Assembly (NCBI GenBank): GCA_036555615.1
Contig: DATBKZ010000048.1
Location: 2,526 to 66,525, forward strand
Length of the DNA stretch: 64,000 nucleotides
Direction: 5' to 3'
Origin: Burkholderiales bacterium
GTDB lineage: Bacteria; Pseudomonadota; Gammaproteobacteria; Burkholderiales; SG8-41
In this document: positions 34,770 through 44,792 of the stretch, piece by piece
Numbering within the stretch: position 1 is the first letter of the stretch
Layout: every line of letters starts with the position of its first letter
Notes under the pieces: generated by a model
Told to the model about the DNA's origin: nothing
The model's database searches: none
Seen by the model: only the letters and a program-made list of their open reading frames with translations
Position numbers and translations under genes: made by a program

Positions 34770-35144
34770 TCACCGCGCCGGGCTGCGCCTCGACAGGACA
34801 TCCGCCAGTTGCCGGCACTTTTGCGCCAGCACGGGCAACAGCACAAACCACTGCAGGTAGCCCAGCGCCGTCAGCACCGTCCAGAGATAGAGCCCCTCCG
34901 AGAGGATGCTGGGCACGAAATTGAGCTCGAGATAGAGCTCCAGCCGGACCCGGATGCCCGCGAGCACGCCGGCGTGCCCGAGCGGGAAGGAGAGCCAGTA
35001 GAGCGGCGTGAGGTAAACCAGCGCGGCGCGGTCATTTCCGGTGATATCGGGCCGCAGCAGGGTAACCGTGAGCAGGACGACGGACGCGAGCAGCCAGGCA
35101 GTCGCGACCAGGCGGATGACGGGGTGCTGCGGGAGGAGCCTCAC
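34770..35144 (-). CDS. Hypothetical membrane protein (about 4 TM)
   Basis: Hydrophobic 124-aa ORF. Its ATG overlaps the stop of the MetE-like gene (ATGA). No recognised domain. Confidence 0.55.
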   Translation of the reverse strand: MRLLPQHPVIRLVATAWLLASVVLLTVTLLRPDITGNDRAALVYLTPLYWLSFPLGHAGVLAGIRVRLELYLELNFVPSILSEGLYLWTVLTALGYLQWFVLLPVLAQKCRQLADVLSRRSPAR

Positions 35145-36166
35145 GCGCCAAACTCCTTGCGCAGGATCGTCGCTGCGTCGACCATCGCGCGCATCTTGCC
35201 GAAGGCGACGTCCCGCGGGAGGTATTTCATTCCGCAGTCGGGCGCGATGATCACGTCCTCGGGCCGGACAAAAGAAAGCGCGCGCTTGATTCGCGCCACG
35301 ACCTCCGCCGGTGTCTCGACGCGCAGGTCATTCAGATTGATCGCGCCGACCATGATCTGCTTGCCGGCGAGCTTCGCGAGCACCGAGCAATCGAGCCCGG
35401 ACTGCGCAGTCTCGACCGAGACCTGCCTGCAACCGCAGCCGGCCAGCTCCGGCAGGAACGAGTAGCCCGATGGCCGCTGGTGGATGATCGCCGCGTATCC
35501 GAAGCAGATGTGCACGGCGGTCGTTCCCCGGATGCCGTCGAGCGCGCGATTGAGCGCCTGCAGGCCGTACTCCCGCGCCTGCTCCGGCCGCGCCTGCATG
35601 TAGGGCTCGTCGATCTGCACGATGTCGGCGCCGGCCGCGAAGAGATCGCGGATTTCCTCGTTCACGGCGGCCGCGTAGTCCATGGCCGCCGCCGCCTCCG
35701 TCTTGTAGAAATCATTCTGCGCCTGCCGCGACATGGTGAAGGGACCGGGCACGGTCATCTTCACCATCCTGTCCGTGTGGCGCTTGAGGAATTTCAGGTC
35801 CGCGACCTCGACCGGGTGCTTCCTGCGGATTTTTCCGACGATGCGCGGCACCGGGTTAGGATGTCCCGAGCGGTCGAGCGCGGAGCCCGGGTTGTCGATG
35901 TCCACCCCTTCGAGCGCGGTGGCGAAACGGTTCGAGTAGCTCTCACGCCGGATCTCGCCATCCGTAATGATGTCGAGGCCGGCCTCTTCCTGTGCCCGGA
36001 TCGCAAGGATCGTGGCATCGTCCTGCGCAGCGGCGAGGTACGGCTCCGGAATCCGCCACAGCTCCCGCGCGCGCACGCGCGGCGGAAAGCGCGCGGCAAG
36101 CTTCTCGCGGTCGATCAGCCATTCGGGCTGGGGGTAGCTGCCAACCAGAGTCGTTGGGAACAGCAT
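35141..36166 (-). CDS. Cobalamin-independent methionine synthase (MetE C-terminal domain) family protein
   Basis: 341 aa. Zn-ligand contexts VHICFGY and APDCGMKYLP. Confidence 0.8.
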   Translation of the reverse strand: MLFPTTLVGSYPQPEWLIDREKLAARFPPRVRARELWRIPEPYLAAAQDDATILAIRAQEEAGLDIITDGEIRRESYSNRFATALEGVDIDNPGSALDRSGHPNPVPRIVGKIRRKHPVEVADLKFLKRHTDRMVKMTVPGPFTMSRQAQNDFYKTEAAAAMDYAAAVNEEIRDLFAAGADIVQIDEPYMQARPEQAREYGLQALNRALDGIRGTTAVHICFGYAAIIHQRPSGYSFLPELAGCGCRQVSVETAQSGLDCSVLAKLAGKQIMVGAINLNDLRVETPAEVVARIKRALSFVRPEDVIIAPDCGMKYLPRDVAFGKMRAMVDAATILRKEFGA

Positions 36167-36201
36167 CTTGACTGCCGCGACTCGCGGCTGGTGACTCGGG
36201 A

Positions 36202-36711
36202 CTAGAATTCGAGGCTGTCGCGGATCGCGTCAATGCCCGCCTTGGCGCAGACGTCGTCGCTGTCCCCGCGCGGGGCGCCGGAAACGCCAATGCCGCCCAC
36301 GAGCGCCCCGGCGCTCTCGATCGTCAATCCGCCCGCCACTGCCGCAACGCGCGGGCGACTGCGGATGCCGCTCTGTGGGCTGCCTGGCTGCGTCGCGTTC
36401 GCCACGTCGGCGGTGGACGTCCGAAAGGTGACCGCTGTCCATGCCTTGTCCACCGCCATGGGCACGGTGTGCGGCCCGGCGAGACGGTCGCGCAGCACGA
36501 TCTGCGTCACGCCGCTGCGGTCTACCACTGCGACGGTCACCTGGAAGCCGCCGTCGCGGCATTTCTTGAGCGCGGCCTGCGCGGCCTTCAACGCGGTCTC
36601 CGGTGTCATCTGCTTCACCGAGTACGTCGCATCCTGGCCCCGCGCGGCCCCCGCCGCCAGCGCCGCGACGATGCACACGAGTTGCAGGCACTTGTTCACG
36701 ATCCCCTCCAT
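36202..36711 (-). CDS. GlcG/HbpS-like (DUF336) haem-binding-family protein, secreted
   Basis: Signal-like N-terminus. C-terminal GALVGGIGVSGAPRGDSDDVCAKAG signature. Confidence 0.75.
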   Translation of the reverse strand: MEGIVNKCLQLVCIVAALAAGAARGQDATYSVKQMTPETALKAAQAALKKCRDGGFQVTVAVVDRSGVTQIVLRDRLAGPHTVPMAVDKAWTAVTFRTSTADVANATQPGSPQSGIRSRPRVAAVAGGLTIESAGALVGGIGVSGAPRGDSDDVCAKAGIDAIRDSLEF

Positions 36712-36721
36712 ACAGGGCAGA

Positions 36722-37516
36722 TTATCGCGCAGGAAAATGCCGGTCTAGGAATGCGAAGAAGGCGCCGTTGAACTCGGCGGGGTTCTCTGCCCACGGGTAA
36801 TGGCCGGAACCGGACACGACCGCGAACTGGCAGTTCGCGATCATGTCCGCCACGCGCTTCATCCCCGCGGGGTGCCCGACCTGGTCCACCTCGCCCGCCA
36901 CCAACAGCGTGGGCACCGAGATCGCGCCGAAGCCGGACACAGCGTCCGCTTCCGGATAGCTTTGCACGGCCTTCACGGCTGCCTTAACCGTCCCAGGCGG
37001 AGTATGCGATGCCCAATGGCGCACGAGGTCGATTTCGGGGCCGCGCGAGGCCGGCCCGAGCATGGAGTTCACTACCATCATGTTGGCCGCCACCGGCTCG
37101 GTGCCGGGGGGCGGCGGCGCCGTGCGCTTGCGGACGAACTCCTCCTGTTCTTCCTTGGTGCGGTTCGCGAAATAGCCGATCGTCGAGGAGATGACGATGC
37201 CGTGCACGCGATCCGGCACCTTCAGCCGGATGCGCGGCGTGATCTGCCCGCCCATGCTGTGGCCGTGAACGACGTTGCGCTCGCTGCCGAGCGCCCGGAT
37301 CAGCGCCGCTCCGGCCTCGGCCACGACGTCGAAAGAGAACGGGTCCGGCAGGGGCGAGAGTCCGTAACCCGGCGCGTCCCACGCCACGATGCGGTAGCCC
37401 CGCTTCACCAGCCGCTCGGTTTGGTAGCGCCAGTACTCCTTTGAGCCGTAGATCCCGTGCAGCAGGAAGACGGTCACCTTCCCCTCGCCGGTGACCGTGT
37501 AATCCGGCAATCTCAT
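36722..37516 (-). CDS. Alpha/beta hydrolase
   Basis: HGIYGS oxyanion region, canonical nucleophile elbow HGHSMGG, C-terminal SGHYPW. Confidence 0.8.
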   Translation of the reverse strand: MRLPDYTVTGEGKVTVFLLHGIYGSKEYWRYQTERLVKRGYRIVAWDAPGYGLSPLPDPFSFDVVAEAGAALIRALGSERNVVHGHSMGGQITPRIRLKVPDRVHGIVISSTIGYFANRTKEEQEEFVRKRTAPPPPGTEPVAANMMVVNSMLGPASRGPEIDLVRHWASHTPPGTVKAAVKAVQSYPEADAVSGFGAISVPTLLVAGEVDQVGHPAGMKRVADMIANCQFAVVSGSGHYPWAENPAEFNGAFFAFLDRHFPAR

Positions 37517-37951
37517 CTAGGCGAGCACGTCCGTCGTCTGTTCCTGGCGCAGCATCTCGTAGACGAATTCCTTCAGCTCGGGTCCCAGCGCGTCGCGCGC
37601 GGAAACCAGGCCGACCGGCCGGCCGTTCTCGACCACCGGCACGTTGCGGAAGCCGCCCTCGTACATCATCTGCAGCGCCAGCGAAAAGGGGCTGTCCGCC
37701 TGGACCGTCCTCGGGTTCAGCGTCATGACCGTCCCGAGCTCGGTCGTGCCCGCCTCGCGTCCCTCCGCCACCACGCGGAACAAGGCATCGCGCTCCGTGA
37801 ACATGCCGACCAGCTTCTCGCCGTCCACGACCATGATCGCCCCGACATTGTGCTGTCGCATCAGCCGCGCTGCTTCCATGACGGACACGTTCTTCTGCGC
37901 CGTGACGAGATCCTGTCCCTCGATGATGGATCTGATGGTTCGTGCCGACAT
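37517..37951 (-). CDS. CBS-domain pair protein
   Basis: 144 aa with two CBS repeats (HNVGAIMVVDGEKLVGMFTERD, FRNVPVVENGRPVGLVSARD). Its stop abuts the next start. Confidence 0.8.
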   Translation of the reverse strand: MSARTIRSIIEGQDLVTAQKNVSVMEAARLMRQHNVGAIMVVDGEKLVGMFTERDALFRVVAEGREAGTTELGTVMTLNPRTVQADSPFSLALQMMYEGGFRNVPVVENGRPVGLVSARDALGPELKEFVYEMLRQEQTTDVLA

Positions 37952-38067
37952 AGCGAACCTCCATGACCGGTTGGGTTGCGAGCCGATGCTACGCCCGGCG
38001 GGTAAGGTGGGTCAATCGCCCGTGAGCCCGAGGAGTATTCTTACGCGGTGCAAGGTGCATCGGCGCA

Positions 38068-39186
38068 ATGAACATGAGCGTCGCCATCAAGCCGGCGGCG
38101 GGGTCGAGCGCGCTGCTGTTGGGGATGACGGGACTGATACTCCTTGGTGCCCCGCTCGCCGGGGTCTGGCTCGCCGGCCAGCCGCTTGCCGGCTACCTCG
38201 AGCTGCCGCCACGCCCTCCCGCGCGGCCAGCATCCGGTTTCTCTTGGACCGCCTTCATCCTGCTCGTCTTGTTCACCGTGGCAGCGGTGTCGCCGCTCAT
38301 CTGGCGGTTCCTGAGCACCCCCGCCCCCGGTTCGGCTCAAGCACGGCCCGGGGGCGCCTTCCCAGTCTGGGGCGGGGCGGCGCTCGCCTGGCTCGCCGCG
38401 AGCTGGGTGCTCGCCTGGACGCGCCTTCCCTGGTTTGAGGTCTTTCAGCTGCATACCTTCACGCCGCTCTGGCTGGGCTATATCGGCGTCGTGAATGCGC
38501 TTACGACGCAGCGCGTGGGTAGCTGCCTGATGATCCGCCAACCCTCGCGCTTTGCTGCGCTCTTTCCGTTGAGCGCGCTCTTCTGGTGGTTTTTCGAGTA
38601 CTTGAACCGCTTCGTCGCCAACTGGCGTTACACCGGCATCTCGGATTTCGACGCCATGGAGTACACCTTCTTCGCGACGCTCGCCTTCTCCACCGTGCTG
38701 CCGGCGGTGACAAGCACGGCGGAATGGCTCGGCACCTTCCCGCGGATGGATGCCGCATTCAGGCAGTGGCATCCGGTGCTCATTTCGCGCCCGAGGCCTG
38801 TTGCAGCCGGCGTGCTCGTCGTCACGACCGTGTCGCTGTGCGCGCTGGGGCTCTTCAGCGAATACGTCTTTCCGCTTGTGTGGATCTCTCCCGTGCTCGT
38901 CATCGTCTGCCTGCTAGCGCTCAGCGGCCGACCGACCGTGCTCGCTCCACTCGCGCGCGGTGACTGGCGAGGCATCGCAAGTTTCTCGGCAGCCGCGCTC
39001 GTGTGCGGCTTCTTCTGGGAGATGTGGAACTTCGGCAGCCTCGCCCGCTGGGAGTACAGCATTCCGCACGTCGACCGCTTCCGCATCTTCGAGATGCCGC
39101 TGCTCGGATACGCGGGCTATCTGCCCTTCGGTATCGAGTGCGCGGCGATTGCCGCCCTGGTGCTCAAGCGGAACGCCTCGCCATGA
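38068..39186 (+). CDS. Hypothetical polytopic membrane protein
   Basis: 372 aa, many hydrophobic segments, Trp-rich (FWWFFEYLNRF, FFWEMWNFGSLARWEY). No family recognised. Confidence 0.6.
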   Translation: MNMSVAIKPAAGSSALLLGMTGLILLGAPLAGVWLAGQPLAGYLELPPRPPARPASGFSWTAFILLVLFTVAAVSPLIWRFLSTPAPGSAQARPGGAFPVWGGAALAWLAASWVLAWTRLPWFEVFQLHTFTPLWLGYIGVVNALTTQRVGSCLMIRQPSRFAALFPLSALFWWFFEYLNRFVANWRYTGISDFDAMEYTFFATLAFSTVLPAVTSTAEWLGTFPRMDAAFRQWHPVLISRPRPVAAGVLVVTTVSLCALGLFSEYVFPLVWISPVLVIVCLLALSGRPTVLAPLARGDWRGIASFSAAALVCGFFWEMWNFGSLARWEYSIPHVDRFRIFEMPLLGYAGYLPFGIECAAIAALVLKRNASP

Positions 39187-39271
39187 AAGCCGTGCAATAC
39201 CGCGGCTATGGCGGCTCGCGGACGGACGTCCGGCAAGATCCCGGTTGTGGTGCGCTAGGTTCTCCCGCCGC

Positions 39272-40885
39272 CTACGCCGCCGCGCGCAAGCTCAGGCCGC
39301 CGGCCACTTCCCCGTGTCTCTTGTCCAGACGCAGGTGGCGCTCCGTGAGATAGCGTCTCACGTTCTCCGCATCGATCCGGGGTCCGGCGAGCCCGACGTG
39401 CCCATCCGGTCGCAGCAGGTAGAAAGCCGGCCCGGAAATCGCCACGCGCGCGAGCTCGCTCCGGTTGGCGGGGACGTCGGGTATCGCGTGAATGCGCAGC
39501 AGCTCGCCGAGCCCGATCGCATCCGCAGATGGCGCGGGCTGGCCGATTACCAGCAGGTTGAAGCGCGTGTCGTCCAGCTTCTGGAACAGGTCCTCGGCCG
39601 GGCCATTCGCGCTGAACATGAGGCTGAGCCATGGGAAACGGTCGCCCGCCACCGGCGCCCCGTCCGGCAGGCCGGCAAGCGTCCGCGACAGCGGGCTCCT
39701 GCGATAACGGATGCCGATCTGCGAGATGGTGCGGAAGGCAAGCTTGCGCACGCGTTCGATCGTCATGGCGCGGGACAAGACCCGCGCCATGACCTGCGTG
39801 CGGAATAGGCCCGCAATCCAGCTGTCGGAAACCAGCAGCGTGAATATCCGGTCGGTGGTGCGCAGCAGGCGCTGGGCAACGGGAACGCGCTCGTTCTCAT
39901 ACGTCCCCAGCAGCGCGGGGCGCGCACGGCCCCTCACCACCAGCGCGAGCTTCCACGCCAGGTTATGGGCATCCTGCAGGCCGGTGTTCATGCCCTGCCC
40001 GCCTGCGGGGCTGTGCACATGGGCCGCGTCGCCGAGCAGAAAGCAGCGGCCGTTGCCGAAGCGTTCCGCGCAGCGGTGATGGATCCGGTATGTCGAGAAC
40101 CAGTCGCACGCCTTGAACGTCAGGTCCGCGCCCGCCTCCCGGCGCACTGCGGGTATCACCTCCTCCCAGGTGAGATCGCTTCGCCCCCTCAAGCGTTTCG
40201 GCAAGATACCGATGACGCGCCAGCGGTCGGCGCCTCGCATCGGGAAGAACAGGTGAAACCCGTCCTGCCACATATAGACATTCAATTCGTGCGGCACCAT
40301 CGACCCGGTCGCCTCGGTATCGGCGACGAAGAACACGTGCTCGTACGGCGCGCCGGGAAAGGTAATGCCCGAGAGCTCGCGCACCGAACTGTGTCCGCCG
40401 TCGCAGCCGGCGAGGTACGCTGCCGTGATCTCGCGCGTGGCGCCGCCGGGCTGCTTGAGCGTGGCTGCGACGTGATCGGGACGCTGCTCGAGGGCAATGA
40501 GCTCGGTATTCCACTGCACCTCGATCCCGAGCTCGCGCAGCTTCGCGCCCATGATCCGCTCGTTGTCGTCCTGCCCCAGCGCCAGCACGAAAGGAAACGG
40601 GCTGAGGCCTCTTCCGATGTCGCCGAGCGGGATGCGGGCTCGCCATATTCCGTTCGCCCACATGTTGGCGCCGCTGCCGCGGGCGCCCAGCTCGAGCGCC
40701 TGGTCCGCTATCCCCATTCGCGAATAGATCTCGAGCGTGCGCGCCTGCACGGCCATCGCGCGCGACTGCTGCGCGGGTCCGGAGTGGCGGTCAACGATCA
40801 TGGCGCGCACGCCGCGCCGGGCGAGCTGGATGGCGAGCATCAGCCCGGTCGGGCCGGCCCCTACGATCAGAACATCCGCATCCAT
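39272..40885 (-). CDS. FAD-dependent aromatic-ring monooxygenase (PheA/TfdB family)
   Basis: DVLIVGAGPTGL dinucleotide motif, GDAAHVHSPAGGQGMNTGLQDA motif. 537 aa with a C-terminal extension. Confidence 0.85.
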   Translation of the reverse strand: MDADVLIVGAGPTGLMLAIQLARRGVRAMIVDRHSGPAQQSRAMAVQARTLEIYSRMGIADQALELGARGSGANMWANGIWRARIPLGDIGRGLSPFPFVLALGQDDNERIMGAKLRELGIEVQWNTELIALEQRPDHVAATLKQPGGATREITAAYLAGCDGGHSSVRELSGITFPGAPYEHVFFVADTEATGSMVPHELNVYMWQDGFHLFFPMRGADRWRVIGILPKRLRGRSDLTWEEVIPAVRREAGADLTFKACDWFSTYRIHHRCAERFGNGRCFLLGDAAHVHSPAGGQGMNTGLQDAHNLAWKLALVVRGRARPALLGTYENERVPVAQRLLRTTDRIFTLLVSDSWIAGLFRTQVMARVLSRAMTIERVRKLAFRTISQIGIRYRRSPLSRTLAGLPDGAPVAGDRFPWLSLMFSANGPAEDLFQKLDDTRFNLLVIGQPAPSADAIGLGELLRIHAIPDVPANRSELARVAISGPAFYLLRPDGHVGLAGPRIDAENVRRYLTERHLRLDKRHGEVAGGLSLRAAA

Positions 40886-41027
40886 CTAGAGGCTCCTTGC
40901 GAAACTCCGCCGCCATCGCGAAGATCCTGCGCGCTTCTTCACGCGCGTCCTCGTTGACTGTCAGGATTACCAGTGCTCTCTTGACTATTCTCTTGGCTGC
41001 TTGGGTGCCGATCCTGCCTCGGTGGTC

Positions 41028-41363
41028 TCAAACGAGCGGAACGAAGTCGTATTCGCCCAGGCCCTGCAGCACGAGGAAGGTCGCGGACGTGTGCCCGCCG
41101 TTCGTGACCAGGTGCGGGCGGCGGGGCTTGACCGAGTACGTGTCGCCGGGGCCGAGCCGCACCTCCTCCTTTGGCTCCCGCAGAAACAGCCGGATGGTGC
41201 CGCTCAGCACGTAGAAGGTGTCCTGCACGTTGTTGTGATAATGCCACGGCACCTTCTGGGTCGTCGAAATCTGGATTTCCTGGATGCGGAAACCCCGCCG
41301 CGCCGCGTGCTGCGCCCGCCGCTCGACCTCGTAGAGATGCGTGCCGTCCCTCATCGCTTTCAT
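41028..41363 (-). CDS. Cupin-domain protein
   Basis: 111 aa. WHYHNNVQDTFYVLSGT and GDTYSVKPRRPH cupin motifs. Confidence 0.7.
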   Translation of the reverse strand: MKAMRDGTHLYEVERRAQHAARRGFRIQEIQISTTQKVPWHYHNNVQDTFYVLSGTIRLFLREPKEEVRLGPGDTYSVKPRRPHLVTNGGHTSATFLVLQGLGEYDFVPLV

Positions 41364-41397
41364 GGGATTCCTCCGTTCTCCGTTCGCTCGCGTTCAC

Positions 41398-41790
41398 TCA
41401 ATGCATTCGCAGCTGTGAAAGCAGATACAGGTCCACCCCAAGCGCCTCGAGAAAAAGCAGGATGGCGACAGCGGCCATCGAGAAGGAGCGCACGGCGTCC
41501 TTCCGCTTCGCGAGGAGAAGATAGCGGACGGTCTCCGCCACCAGCAGCGCGAGGGTGGCGACGGGCGCCACCAGGAACAGCGCGATCAACGTGCTGAACC
41601 CCGCGTCCGTGCGATTGAATCCTCCGAGCAGGTCGAAGCTGCCACCGACGAGCAGCAGGATGAGCACCTGAGGCAACAATGCGACGACGATTCGAAAGCC
41701 AGCCACCGCGCGATTCCAGATTTGCCGCCGAGCAGTCTGGCAACCGATGAGCGGCGACCCATCGACCGCCCGCGCTCCCCCGTTTGTCAC
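41398..41790 (-). CDS. Hypothetical membrane protein (about 3 TM)
   Basis: GTG-start ORF with hydrophobic helices. Same strand and tight spacing with the lipase-like gene. Start is uncertain. Confidence 0.45.
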   Translation of the reverse strand: MTNGGARAVDGSPLIGCQTARRQIWNRAVAGFRIVVALLPQVLILLLVGGSFDLLGGFNRTDAGFSTLIALFLVAPVATLALLVAETVRYLLLAKRKDAVRSFSMAAVAILLFLEALGVDLYLLSQLRMH

Positions 41791-41824
41791 TTGCGCCTGA
41801 GGGGCAACGGCGGCTGCCAGCTCC

Positions 41825-43081
41825 TCACGCCCGGCACCGGGCGCCCCACGTATTGCCGCGGCTGTCGGCCCGGCCGGTAAAGTGCCGCACGATCAGGCGA
41901 TGCAGCATGTCCATGTTCGGCAGGATGCCGTGGAATCCTGCCACGCCGGACACCACCCGGTCCTGGATTTCCCAGTACTTGTAGTCGTCCGGCGTGACGC
42001 AAACGATCTTCTCCTCGGGCAGGAACGCCGGCAGCGCGCCCTCGAACGGAACGGTGCCGTCGCCGGTCTGTCGGCGCTCTCCTGGCGTCTTACCGCTTTG
42101 CCAGCGGTTTTCCCGGTCTTCGGAGCGAAAATCGAATTCGGGCCCGGCAGCGGTTGCCCTTGCCTTCAGACGCACGCGGGTAACCGAGTCAACGCCCGCC
42201 ACGCACAGCCAGTCGTCGGGGCCAAAGCCAGCCGTTGAAAGCTTGAAGCCGTCGATGCGCCGGCGGTGCGCCTTCGCCGTGTCCAGCATTGCCCGGAACA
42301 ATGTGATCGCCTGCTGCGCGCCGTCCTGCGGGGTGCGCCCGTAGAGCCGCACGTATTCCTCCAGCGTCTTCAGGATGCTGGGTTGCCACGGCCGCGGATC
42401 GAACAAGTCGGCCTTGGGAAGCTTGGGATCGATCTCGAGCCCGGGACACGACGGCAGCAGGTGATAGAGGGCGGGAGTCACCCGCGCCGCCTCCCGCTCC
42501 CGTGAACTGGGGACATCGGATCCCAGGTTTGCGGTGCCGGTCGCGATCTTGATCACGGCCTCGAACGACCCTTTGTACGGCGTTGCGAGCGTCGCCACCT
42601 TCTCCACCCTCGACTTCTTCCCGCTGCGCGCGAGATATCCCGTGATGACGAGCCCGCCCATCGAATGACCGACGAGATTCACCCGCGGGCGCTTCGAGTA
42701 GCCCGCCGCGTGGTAGTGGCGCATCAGCTTCGTGCGCTCGATGACCTCGCCGATGAACTCCGCCAGCTGCTGCTCGATCGCGTCGAGCGGCTGCCGCCAG
42801 TCATAGGCAAACGGATAGACCGGCACCGGCTCGTCCTCGCGCGTGCCCAGGTTGTACCGCAGCTCCTCGATCAATTCGCGATAGGCGATCTCGAGCAACT
42901 GGTCGGGCCGCAGGCGCGCCGGCTCCATGACCTCGAAGCGCGTGTTGTCGGGGTGGAGCGAGATCCGGGTGTAGTCCTTGGTGAGCACCGACCACACGGT
43001 TTCCGGTGGCAGCGGATACTCGTCGCGCAAGGAGGACGCGGTTATGCCGGGAACAACGATGACGGGGTGAGCAAGCGCCAT
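41825..43081 (-). CDS. LCAT/PGAP1-like alpha/beta-hydrolase (lipase/acyltransferase-like)
   Basis: ATG at 43081 (MALAHPVIVVPGITASSL). YDWRQP and nucleophile elbow LVGHSMGG. No signal peptide. The 938-aa track ORF is an over-extension across the DUF2339 gene. Confidence 0.8.
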   Translation of the reverse strand: MALAHPVIVVPGITASSLRDEYPLPPETVWSVLTKDYTRISLHPDNTRFEVMEPARLRPDQLLEIAYRELIEELRYNLGTREDEPVPVYPFAYDWRQPLDAIEQQLAEFIGEVIERTKLMRHYHAAGYSKRPRVNLVGHSMGGLVITGYLARSGKKSRVEKVATLATPYKGSFEAVIKIATGTANLGSDVPSSREREAARVTPALYHLLPSCPGLEIDPKLPKADLFDPRPWQPSILKTLEEYVRLYGRTPQDGAQQAITLFRAMLDTAKAHRRRIDGFKLSTAGFGPDDWLCVAGVDSVTRVRLKARATAAGPEFDFRSEDRENRWQSGKTPGERRQTGDGTVPFEGALPAFLPEEKIVCVTPDDYKYWEIQDRVVSGVAGFHGILPNMDMLHRLIVRHFTGRADSRGNTWGARCRA

Positions 43082-43086
43082 GCGAC

Positions 43087-44709
43087 TTATTTGCTCCCGG
43101 CGGCGGGCAAGCGCTGGTAAAGCAACCCCCCGAGGTAGAACGTGACGCCCAGCACGACGAGGCTGATGATCCGCGTCAGTGGAGATGCCCCGCCGAGGTC
43201 GTAGAGCAGGACCTTTGCGGCCGCGGCGCCGAACACGAGCAGCGAAGACTGCGCGAGCACACGGTCGCGCTGCCAGAGCGACAGGCCGAGGCAGGCAAGC
43301 GCAATCACGCCCCACGCCGTGGATTCCACGATCCCTTCCTTGAGCAGGTGCAGCGCCGCCGCCATCGCGCAGAGATGCCCGGCATAGAGCACGAGCGTGG
43401 CGATGCCCTTGGCTGGTTCGCGATTCCGCAGGAAGTAATAGCCGACGTAGAGCTGCAGGGCGTATGCAACGGCCAGCCACGAGCGCGCCGGCACCGCCCG
43501 GACATCGGCATCGAATATGACCCGCAGGTAGTTGATCGCGAAGATCACGCTCACCGCGACCCAGACCGGCCAGCTCGCCCGGATGCCGCTGCCGTGCCGC
43601 ATGGCAACGATGGCGGTGACGGGCATGATCACGAATGCCACCCACGGCGCCCACTTGTCGGGAACCGATTCGAGGTAGCCGGCGTGGAACAGCACCAGCG
43701 CGACGTAGGCCCAGAGCAGGAATTCGCCGCCCGGCAGCGGGCGCTGCATTACCGCGCGGGCGCTGCCGTAAAGAGCCGCGATCATGACGCCGCTGCCGAC
43801 CGCGATCCAGGGCGCGATCTCCGGCAGATGCCGCTTGAGCAGCGCGTACTGCAGGAAATAGAAGATGAGGAGCGGCGGCAGGTGCCCCCAGGCCGACACG
43901 TCGTCGAGAGGCGACTTGTTGCGAATCGTGAACAGCGCGGTGGCGGTGCCGAATATCGCGAACTGCACCGTCTGGAACGTGAGCGCGGCCGTCCACGCAT
44001 CCGGCGCCTTGTTGCGGAACATGAAGTCGAAAATGATCAACGCGAGATAGAGCGCCAGGAGGTAGATCAATCGCCGCCCGTGCCAGATCGAGAACACGCA
44101 GAACACCACGCCCCACGCCGTGAAATAGATCACCAGGTCGGTGATCGTCGGCACGCCCGAGATCAGCAGCGGCGCGGAATACGAGCCGGCCACCGCGAAC
44201 AGCGCGTAGAGGTCGCTCGCGAAGATCCGGCACAGCGCCAGCGACAGCAGGCACACAACGACCACGGCCACCGTGGCCGGCGCCGCGTCGATGAATCCGT
44301 AGAAAAGATGCGCGCCGTAGATGGAGAGAAAGAGGATCGCCACCCCGCCTGCCGGGAGCAGGCCCGCGTACTGGCGGTTGACGCTCCGGAGCACGAATCC
44401 CGCAGCGATCATCGCCAGTCCCGAAATGGCGGCGAGCGCGACCTGCCGCACCGGCGTGAGCCAGCCGCTCTCGACCGCCAGGCGAATGAGATACGCGGCC
44501 GCGAGCACCAGCGCGATCGCGCCACCCCAGCCCAGGATGCTGGTCACCAGCGATGGACGATCGCCGGCCTCGGGCTTCGGCGGAGGGGCTTTCGGCGCAG
44601 CCGGCCGCGCACCCGGCACCGGCGCGCCCGGCTTGGCCCATTGCGCCTCGATGCGGGCAAGGCGCGCTTCGACATTGTCCAGCCGTTTTTCAATTTCTAC
44701 GGGATCCAT
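43087..44709 (-). CDS. DUF2339-like polytopic membrane protein
   Basis: ATG at 44709. N-terminal coiled segment MDPVEIEKRLDNVEARLARIEAQ, a Pro/Ala-rich linker, then about 14 or more hydrophobic helices. Stop lies 5 nt before the lipase-like ATG. Confidence 0.7.
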   Translation of the reverse strand: MDPVEIEKRLDNVEARLARIEAQWAKPGAPVPGARPAAPKAPPPKPEAGDRPSLVTSILGWGGAIALVLAAAYLIRLAVESGWLTPVRQVALAAISGLAMIAAGFVLRSVNRQYAGLLPAGGVAILFLSIYGAHLFYGFIDAAPATVAVVVVCLLSLALCRIFASDLYALFAVAGSYSAPLLISGVPTITDLVIYFTAWGVVFCVFSIWHGRRLIYLLALYLALIIFDFMFRNKAPDAWTAALTFQTVQFAIFGTATALFTIRNKSPLDDVSAWGHLPPLLIFYFLQYALLKRHLPEIAPWIAVGSGVMIAALYGSARAVMQRPLPGGEFLLWAYVALVLFHAGYLESVPDKWAPWVAFVIMPVTAIVAMRHGSGIRASWPVWVAVSVIFAINYLRVIFDADVRAVPARSWLAVAYALQLYVGYYFLRNREPAKGIATLVLYAGHLCAMAAALHLLKEGIVESTAWGVIALACLGLSLWQRDRVLAQSSLLVFGAAAAKVLLYDLGGASPLTRIISLVVLGVTFYLGGLLYQRLPAAGSK

Positions 44710-44792
44710 GCCTCCCCCATCGACCGCCGGGATCCATTGCCAGCCGCGCGTCACCTGCTCCCGGGCGCGTTGCGCAACGCTTCGCGGCCTTG

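Noticed and set aside
43082-44641. N-terminal 520 codons of the 938-aa track ORF (41825..44641)
   Set aside because: This part overlaps the DUF2339-like gene in another frame and is low-complexity Arg/Gly/Ala. The lipase-like domain begins at the ATG at 43081, 5 nt after the DUF2339 stop.
44767-44780. 14-bp perfect palindrome GCGTTGCGCAACGC upstream of the DUF2339-like gene
   Set aside because: It is short, GC-rich palindromes are frequent at this composition, and there is no U-tract or second copy. Support is insufficient for an operator or terminator call.
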